Virus record (IMG/VR): IMGVR_UViG_3300020214_001677
DNA: 64,000 nt
Strand: one strand, 5' to 3'
From: an uncultured virus (IMG/VR IMGVR_UViG_3300020214_001677)
Taxonomy: Duplodnaviria > Heunggongvirae > Uroviricota > Caudoviricetes
Made by a program: the position numbers and the translations under genes. The notes under the pieces are model-generated. The model saw nothing but the letters and a program-made list of their open reading frames with translations. It ran no database searches and was not told the origin of the DNA. Of the stretch, positions 57,711 through 64,000 are shown in pieces. Within the stretch, counting starts at the first letter, position 1, and each line of letters begins with the position of its first letter.

Positions 57711-57897
57711 TACTTTACCCCTTTGTTGTTGAATATTTTCTTAGCCCACTGCCTATCAGCATAGTGAGGATCAATTGCATCGATACGATCAAGTATCGTG
57801 TATTCAAGTTTGCTCAATTTGACGGATATGCGCCAACAAGCATTCTTTAATTTCCACATTACTGGCAATAACAAATATTTCATAATTACCCCTATTT

Positions 57898-58119
57898 TTA
57901 GTGCGATTTTGGAATACCAAGTATATCCGCCCCGTCGTCCTCAATGATGGAAACCCAAACAATGCGGCACGAATCACAAACCCAGTGTTTGCGCGTGTCA
58001 TCAATGATCAAGCGACAATCACGTACACTGCGTTCTTCAGTGAGTGTCAGTTGTTTTACTCTCATCGGAACATTGTGTATCGTGCACTCGGGCACCAAAT
58101 CTGTCCATTCTTGCGTCAT
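57898..58119 (-). CDS. Small zinc-ribbon protein
   Basis: CTIH...CDSC. Confidence 0.55.
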   Translation of the reverse strand: MTQEWTDLVPECTIHNVPMRVKQLTLTEERSVRDCRLIIDDTRKHWVCDSCRIVWVSIIEDDGADILGIPKSH

Positions 58120-58194
58120 GAAACACCCCCCTATTTTTCTAGTGTAAATTTTTAGAATTATAATCTAATAAAAAATTTTTTAAATAGCATACTA

Positions 58195-58510
58195 TTGCAC
58201 TTTGTGCCTTGGTATGCCAGCAAGGAGTTCCTGATGCTGCAATTACACCATTGATGAATTTATGGGACATCAATCTCCCATTAGATGGCAACTAATTATA
58301 AGCGCCCTATCTGCTGCTTCGAAGATATCAACAGATTCCGACATCCTTTGGGACGGGCCAGCCCAGTTCACAATAAGTTTCGTTTATCCTGTACGGAACT
58401 TCCACTAAGGGGCCGACACAGAATAAACCCGGACAATCCAACCATTCTCCGCTAACATCGGTTCTTCGCCCGATGGCATAACCCTGAAATGTGATTACGG
58501 TTGTTCAGGG
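58195..58510 (-). ncRNA. Candidate structured ncRNA of about 310 nt
   Basis: At least six stems; two contain U-G wobbles only on the minus strand; no ORF of 60 aa or more in the track. Confidence 0.55.
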
Positions 58511-58517
58511 AAACATC

Positions 58518-58724
58518 TTATACGTTATTGTCCTCCGGGATTGAGGAAGCTGCCATCACATTGAAGAGATGGAACTCTTGTTCTGCACTTTGGTACTTGT
58601 CCCACTTGGAAGAAGGTGCGTTCTCAACGATGCTGACGATTTCCGCCAACACCTGAGACCTATCTCCCCGCTTGGGAATCATTACTTCAAACGGAATTAC
58701 TGGATTCACTGATTGCTTAGGCAT
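58518..58724 (-). CDS. Hypothetical protein
   Basis: GGAGG SD before MPKQSV. Confidence 0.5.
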   Translation of the reverse strand: MPKQSVNPVIPFEVMIPKRGDRSQVLAEIVSIVENAPSSKWDKYQSAEQEFHLFNVMAASSIPEDNNV

Positions 58725-58877
58725 GATGCCCTCCATTGTTGACTTGGATACTACCCCTATTTTTTTTGTATTACCATTCAAGAACCCACACGAAAAGACA
58801 GCCCAGCCCGACGGTGAGAAGTGCGTAGCACCGCCGGACTGGGTGTCCCCAAGGAGGGTTAGCAAGAAATCATACGC

Positions 58878-59144
58878 CTAGTCCCGAAAGACTTGAAAAC
58901 CCTGCAAGGGCTGTTGTTCGATTGCCCACATTGCGTCATAGCACTGTGGATGAACACCATTGATCATGAACTCACGCTCACCTGGTGTCTTGTCAGGAAA
59001 GACATGTTGAATGAACTGACCCATTACCTGCCAAGCATTCCACTGGGCAAGAGTAATCTGGTACATACCTTCTGTCTTGCAATGAACACAGAAGTTGTGC
59101 ACGACCACCACATCATCCTCGAATTCTACTTTTGTCGCTATCAC
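58878..59144 (-). CDS. Small Cys-containing phage protein
   Basis: CVHC...EREFMINGVHPQC; GGGGAGG SD. Confidence 0.6.
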   Translation of the reverse strand: MIATKVEFEDDVVVVHNFCVHCKTEGMYQITLAQWNAWQVMGQFIQHVFPDKTPGEREFMINGVHPQCYDAMWAIEQQPLQGFQVFRD

Positions 59145-59189
59145 GGGTTTACCTCCCCATTGTCGATTTGATGACTAGACCAATTTTTT

Positions 59190-59222
59190 TGTTGGCAGGG
59201 GGGCCGAAGCCCCCCCACCAAC
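59190..59222 (-). terminator. Intrinsic terminator-like hairpin
   Basis: GGGGGC-TTCG-GCCCCC with extended flanking pairing. Confidence 0.6.
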
Positions 59223-59238
59223 ACATTCCGCCGTTCGG

Positions 59239-59751
59239 TCAGAACGGTGCGTCACTGCTCTCAGCGACCACCACTGGCCGCGTCGGCTGCGACATCCGAC
59301 TCTTCAGCGCTGCGAACGCTGCGTTGTCCATCTTCACCGCTGCTGGCCTGCTCCGCTGGTAGGTCTCAACCACGAAGTTCACGGGGTACACCGTGATTTG
59401 CGGGTGGACGCTGCCATCCTTGTAGGTCAACTCGGTGGTCTTCCCCAACACGATGTCGTCGCACAAGACGCGCAACACACCCTTCGGGTTGATTCCACCA
59501 GTCGCACTGCGAACCACTTCGTCCACATAGGACTTCAGGTTCACTGAGTGCTTGGCACCGTCCACTTCCACGGTCAACTGGTCATCTTCGTTGATTGCCC
59601 AGTTGTACGCGTTGACCTGACGGTCTTCCGCCGAAACGGCATCAAAGCCAACAGGCCCAACTAGCACCTGCCAGAATCGCTTGCCCGTCTCGGTGTTCAC
59701 TCGCTCCTGCCAATCGTTGTTGGCATAGAGCGCCTTCAGTATCTGCTTCAT
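59239..59751 (-). CDS. Beta-rich protein with ...ESSDAPF tail (possible SSB-like)
   Basis: ATG at 59751 after AAGGAG; acidic PF C-terminus. Confidence 0.6.
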   Translation of the reverse strand: MKQILKALYANNDWQERVNTETGKRFWQVLVGPVGFDAVSAEDRQVNAYNWAINEDDQLTVEVDGAKHSVNLKSYVDEVVRSATGGINPKGVLRVLCDDIVLGKTTELTYKDGSVHPQITVYPVNFVVETYQRSRPAAVKMDNAAFAALKSRMSQPTRPVVVAESSDAPF

Positions 59752-60009
59752 ATTGCTGCGGCTCCTTGACCGCTTTGCCACTTTCTTACGCAGGCAGTGA
59801 CCGCCTGAAGAGGCTCGGGAATGAGCCCCTATTTTCAGAGTCAAACCCGTTCAGCAACGCCAAACGGGAAAAGACCCCTATTTTGCGCGTTAGACCCGTA
59901 GGAAGAGTCAACACGCAACAACCCAAGCCAGCCAAGCAACCAAGAGCCTAGCCAGCCAGAGAGACCTATTTAGAATACCCATAGGTATTCACAATCAATG
60001 AAGGGTTAA

Positions 60010-62652
60010 TTACCTCAGATTAGTCAGACCTTGGATCAACAGATCCATGACCGCCGGTTGTCCTTCCTGGCCATTCTGGAAGATGATCCGGTCACTGAGA
60101 CCGTACTTGCCAGAGTTCAGGCTCGGATCCACGATGTACCGGTACAGCAGTACAGCCCACTTTTCTGGAGCTGTGTGTGAATTGATCCTGTTGTACAGGT
60201 CCGATTGAATATCGCCAATGTCCCTGCTGCGCTCGGTTTCGGCAAACATCTTGAGATACTTGCTGTTGAACCCGAGTTTACCGGCCTTGGCCATTGAGGA
60301 GTGGTACTTTGCGTCTGCACGCTTGAGGCGCACATCAAACTCCTTGAAGAGTCCACTTGCCCACTCGACATGTTCCGGCTTGACTATCGACAGTTTGTCC
60401 ATGACCAACTGACGAGTTTCAGATTCCAGACGACGACCGAATGAAACTTCAACGATCATCTTCTTGACTTGATCCAGGGTGTGCTTGTTCACATTGTCCA
60501 TACGGGTGAATTTACCTTCCACCAGAATGTCCTCAAACGCCTCCTGATCTTGTTTCTCCATGCCAATCGACAGACGTGTCTTGAACACGAACTTGTCAAC
60601 AGGAATCTGTTCGCGAATGATCTCGTTCACGATCAACTGCTGCATGTGCATCATTCCAAACTTCAGGTAGATGAAGGAATCGATGTCTGCCTCCTGTTGA
60701 TTGGTGTCAATGACATCATTGCTGTTTGCCGGCAGCCACTCAGGATAGCTCACTCCCATGATTGCAGAGTAAGCCATGATCAAGTTGGCATACGTGCCCA
60801 CGTTGGGATTCGCAAACTGTGCCCTGATCATCCGTTTGATGTTGTCTCGTGTGATCATCCTGCTGGTGTACTCCACTGAATGAGGAATTTCTCCTCGCTC
60901 AGAGGTTTCCAACAGAGTCGACATGCCGAACGGAGCAGTGTTCAAGTCGATGACCGGAACCCGCTCGTCATTACGCCTGTGCCATGGCATGGTCTCTGCA
61001 TCAAACCACTCAATGCTGTACCCACCTGGTCCGTTTGGTGAACGAATCACTACGCAGACGTCGATGGCTTCTTCCGGTGTCTCAGGCACAACCATGTTGA
61101 CTGGCAGTACCGAATCCGAATACAGCTTCTCCAGTTTCTCTCGACCATACTGGCTGCACCAGATTTTGATCCAGATGAACTTGGCTTGATCACCGTCTTG
61201 ATCCCATGTGTCATGCAACACAGCGGTATCAACGAACCTGTCGGTGGGGATTACCACACCAACATTCTCCAGATAGAAGACACAATTGCGCTTCTCTTCC
61301 GGAAGGTCCATCATCGCCATGTGCTCCAAGGCAGCATAGGTATTGACGGTTGCCATGAATGCATTGCTCATTGGCAGCCACCAACGGTTGTTGTCTCGTG
61401 CTGATTGCATCTGCATTTCTACAGAACCAATCGCCAGCCTGTTAAAGCAAGCAGAAGCAGACAGATCATTCCCTGCCTCAAGCCACCTGACAACAGCGGT
61501 CTTCCAACCAGCCACTACAGGTTCTTCGTGGTGCACACCAGCTTCGTCATGAGCAAACTTTACTTGGTGCAAGATGAAGTCCGGCACTTTGTTGTCTGCG
61601 AACGATTTGGTGATGTCATTCACCAACGATTCCGAATCCTGAACAAAGCGTTCCTCGGTGAACAACCAATCGTGATTGTGGAACGTGCTTTGCATATCCC
61701 ACATCGCCGTGTGAATGTTCTCATGAATGAACGCCGTTGCCAGATAGTTGTTGCCATCTGAATGGAACTCCGGTTTGATTGCACTGCTGTGGAAGATGAC
61801 ATCGTGAGACATCACCCTGTCAGGCCTGCACAAACCCAGACCCTTTACGAGTCCGTATGGAGTCCTCAGTCGGAAGATGAACCGGTCAATCTTGTTGCCC
61901 ATGATCATTGCAATCATACGGCGCTTTTCATGACCTTCTTCCATCTTGTAGCACATCTCCCGCAAGAAGCTCTGACTGACAATGATTGGTCCGTCGTACG
62001 GATTGCAGTTATTGCCATCAGGGCTCATCTCCAGGGTGACTTCTTCACGAGCAGCAGGCCAGTTACCCGGTCCGTGATCATGTTCAGCTTCTGGGATTTC
62101 ATTGCTGGGGTCCACCAACATCAAGCAGCTCAGTTCGTCGAACTTACCAGACTTGTACATCTGGCATGAACGACCAACTTCTTGCAGTCGCTTTGGTGTC
62201 TTCTTTGCATCCAGTGCAATCATGTCCATTGCCTCGAGGCTGAAGATCTCACGATCCATTCCATCGATGTAAAGGAAGAATGCATAGGTCGCATTTGCCC
62301 AAGCAAAAGTGGATCCATCAACCAACAGGTCGATATTGGTCCTCTTCAACTTGATTTCATGCTTTAGGTCACTGATTGAGATTGAACCAAGTCGGAATGT
62401 GAATCCTCTTTTGTTCAACTTGCTCAACGCAGGGTAGATCCAGGTTCCATTGTGGATTTCCATCAGGTAGTTGGAAATTGTCCTACCTTGTGGAGTCCGT
62501 GTCTGGACTTGGATTGGCTCTTTGGTATCCCTGAACAGTTCCAGAGCAGACTTTTCGTGTGCCCTGGGATTGTTGGTCAGGATTCGCCACTTTCCTGACA
62601 GGAATGCGATGATCGGGATTTCGCCCTTCACCGCTTGGTTGATTGCGCTCAT
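60010..62652 (-). CDS. Single-subunit two-barrel (YonO/RdRP-like) RNA polymerase homolog B
   Basis: YDGPIIVS, FRLRTPYGLVKG, WDQDGDQ (DxDGD), VIRSPNG, NVGTYAN, DVID. Confidence 0.75.
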   Translation of the reverse strand: MSAINQAVKGEIPIIAFLSGKWRILTNNPRAHEKSALELFRDTKEPIQVQTRTPQGRTISNYLMEIHNGTWIYPALSKLNKRGFTFRLGSISISDLKHEIKLKRTNIDLLVDGSTFAWANATYAFFLYIDGMDREIFSLEAMDMIALDAKKTPKRLQEVGRSCQMYKSGKFDELSCLMLVDPSNEIPEAEHDHGPGNWPAAREEVTLEMSPDGNNCNPYDGPIIVSQSFLREMCYKMEEGHEKRRMIAMIMGNKIDRFIFRLRTPYGLVKGLGLCRPDRVMSHDVIFHSSAIKPEFHSDGNNYLATAFIHENIHTAMWDMQSTFHNHDWLFTEERFVQDSESLVNDITKSFADNKVPDFILHQVKFAHDEAGVHHEEPVVAGWKTAVVRWLEAGNDLSASACFNRLAIGSVEMQMQSARDNNRWWLPMSNAFMATVNTYAALEHMAMMDLPEEKRNCVFYLENVGVVIPTDRFVDTAVLHDTWDQDGDQAKFIWIKIWCSQYGREKLEKLYSDSVLPVNMVVPETPEEAIDVCVVIRSPNGPGGYSIEWFDAETMPWHRRNDERVPVIDLNTAPFGMSTLLETSERGEIPHSVEYTSRMITRDNIKRMIRAQFANPNVGTYANLIMAYSAIMGVSYPEWLPANSNDVIDTNQQEADIDSFIYLKFGMMHMQQLIVNEIIREQIPVDKFVFKTRLSIGMEKQDQEAFEDILVEGKFTRMDNVNKHTLDQVKKMIVEVSFGRRLESETRQLVMDKLSIVKPEHVEWASGLFKEFDVRLKRADAKYHSSMAKAGKLGFNSKYLKMFAETERSRDIGDIQSDLYNRINSHTAPEKWAVLLYRYIVDPSLNSGKYGLSDRIIFQNGQEGQPAVMDLLIQGLTNLR

Positions 62653-62699
62653 GATGAGTTTCCTTTCTCTTGAGCTACTAGCGGCCTCAGAATAGAGAC

Positions 62700-62739
62700 C
62701 TAAGTACTAGTCATAAAGTAAAAGGGGCCGAAGCCCCTT
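62700..62739 (-). terminator. Terminator GGGGC-TTCG-GCCCC-TTTT followed by a conserved 19-mer
   Basis: Hairpin plus U tract; ctaagtactagtcataaag repeated at 63193. Confidence 0.7.
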
Positions 62740-62800
62740 CTACTGTCGGCTGAACCCGACTCTTGTTTTGCAGGGGTGACTTCTTTCCCCTGCTAGGTTA

Positions 62801-63112
62801 TTACTTCAAGCTCTCGATGACCTGATAGGTCTTCTCGGGCTGTCCGTCCACGTACTTGACTTTCGTCGTTCCGAGTCGGGTCTTTGGCGTTTTGGCAATG
62901 AATGCCTCGGCGCCTTCCTTGTTCGGGAACACATGGACCTTGTAGGTCTTGGGCTCCTGTGGCTTGGGAGTCTTGACGACTTTGGTCGTTGACCCCTTGG
63001 TCTGCACCTGGGTGTCTTCAGCGAAGACTCCTTTGGTGCTGTGGCAGAGGCGAACCTCTTCCACGCTCGAGTGCGCATGCCCGCAGGCAACGCACTTGAT
63101 TTGCTTGTTCAT
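62801..63112 (-). CDS. Small protein with N-terminal CxxC-H zinc knuckle
   Basis: CVACGHAHSSVEEVRLC; AAGGAGG SD. Confidence 0.7.
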   Translation of the reverse strand: MNKQIKCVACGHAHSSVEEVRLCHSTKGVFAEDTQVQTKGSTTKVVKTPKPQEPKTYKVHVFPNKEGAEAFIAKTPKTRLGTTKVKYVDGQPEKTYQVIESLK

Positions 63113-63192
63113 GTCATCCTCCTTGTATGGATGTACATTGCGTCATTTTTGATTTGGGAAACGACACTTCAACCCTGACTGATACTTGAAGT

Positions 63193-63237
63193 CTAAGTAC
63201 TAGTCATAAAGAAAAAGGGGCCCTTTTGGACCCCTTC
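63193..63237 (-). terminator. Terminator hairpin followed by the same 19-mer
   Basis: AAGGGGTCC-AAAA-GGGCCCCTTTTT. Confidence 0.7.
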
Positions 63238-63257
63238 TTCTTTTCCTGCTTGCCTTG

Positions 63258-63695
63258 TTATTCGTAGATGTGACCGAAGTCGATCTCGCATTGATCAAGG
63301 CTTTCTTTTTCCTTGGTCTTCTTCGAGTTCATCAGTTCACCAATGATTTTTCTGCCTTCTGCCATTGACAGATAGGGCATGCCAGCCAAATGGCCAGCCA
63401 TCTTGTGTTCGATACGTGACCATTGCGCGGTAATGCCTCCGAAAGCGGACTCCCTGGCAATAACTTGGTCCACCAACATCAGTTTCCTGATGAGTGCAAC
63501 TTGCGCGATGCTCATTATCTGAACTTGTCCAGTTCCATCGCACCGAAAGCACTTGTGGTGCAAGCCTTCCGGATCATCGATGGTTGGCCACAATCCAGTG
63601 CCAGCACATGGCTCGCACTTGATGGTCAGTCCTTCAACGTAACCCTTTTCTATTGCCTTCTGTACTTGTTCATCAAACCGCTTACTCTTACTCAT
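63258..63695 (-). CDS. Protein with DnaJ-type zinc finger
   Basis: CEPCAGTG and CFRCDGTG; GGGAGG SD. Confidence 0.7.
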   Translation of the reverse strand: MSKSKRFDEQVQKAIEKGYVEGLTIKCEPCAGTGLWPTIDDPEGLHHKCFRCDGTGQVQIMSIAQVALIRKLMLVDQVIARESAFGGITAQWSRIEHKMAGHLAGMPYLSMAEGRKIIGELMNSKKTKEKESLDQCEIDFGHIYE

Positions 63696-64000
63696 GGGTT
63701 TTTCCTCCCCATTGTGATTTTGGTAGCCGGATGGCTAGCCATAAAAAATAAAGACTAGTAATATAGTTAAATTTACTAGCCATATATAGATCCCTTATTA
63801 CCAACCAATTAGCTGGTTAAAGCTTCTTGGTGGTGTCAACGATAAATGCAGGCTTGCCAACCTCCTTGGAGTAGGCAAAGCACTGAGCAGTACCGCGGGT
63901 AGTCGGGTTATACACCCAGAGAATGTCCGCATGGTCAACCATCCACTCATTGCGATGGAAGTTGGCATGACGGCCATCAGGTCCATATATGCCATCGCAT

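Larger units (their letters stand above)
51702..59884 (-). promoter_or_regulatory. Eight perfect copies of AAAATAGGGG (candidate phage promoter)
   Basis: + strand CCCCTATTTT at 51702, 56502, 56835, 57889, 58128, 58754, 59826, 59875; all same orientation, at gene boundaries. Confidence 0.6.

Noticed and set aside
48592..62652. Multisubunit beta/beta' RNA polymerase or T7-type polymerase
   Set aside because: No NADFDGD or GDK-type subunit context and no Pol-A motifs; both barrel signatures lie in single polypeptides.
63798..63995. 65-aa ORF at the window end
   Set aside because: No recognisable motif or visible SD; may be a shadow of a gene entering from outside the window.

Overview
This window looks like part of a large (jumbo-type) dsDNA phage genome. 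The host is probably an actinobacterium, judged from the WhiB protein, the actinobacterial-type ferredoxin, the Thr-rich surface proteins and tRNAs that read A-ending codons. No rRNA or housekeeping operon is seen, and almost everything from 15.8 kb to the end is on the minus strand. From left to right: (1) a glycosyltransferase, methyltransferase and dioxygenase cassette around a mosaic lectin/beta-helix/Thr-stalk membrane protein; (2) small membrane, OmpA-like and Fe-S genes; (3) putative effector or virion proteins; (4) an apparently complete ubiquitin-like pathway (Ubl, ThiF/E1, three E2-like paralogs, a RING-like protein, a JAB protease, an AAA+ ATPase and a proteasome-beta-like Thr protease) mixed with UDG, SSB and KTSC genes; (5) a tRNA cluster (seven tRNAs in the window overall), a subtilase, WhiB and an SF2 helicase; (6) a 12-unit, 37-nt dual-repeat array (46568-47021) downstream of a nuclease-less Nop/IS110-like gene. 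This resembles a TIGR-TasA RNA-guided system, with a 2OG-Fe(II) dioxygenase gene inserted between the protein gene and the array; (7) two paralogous YonO/RdRP-like single-subunit RNA polymerases with an apparently permuted catalytic barrel. They flank a region with 8 copies of AAAATAGGGG and candidate structured ncRNAs. All calls come from motif reading by eye; no searches were run.
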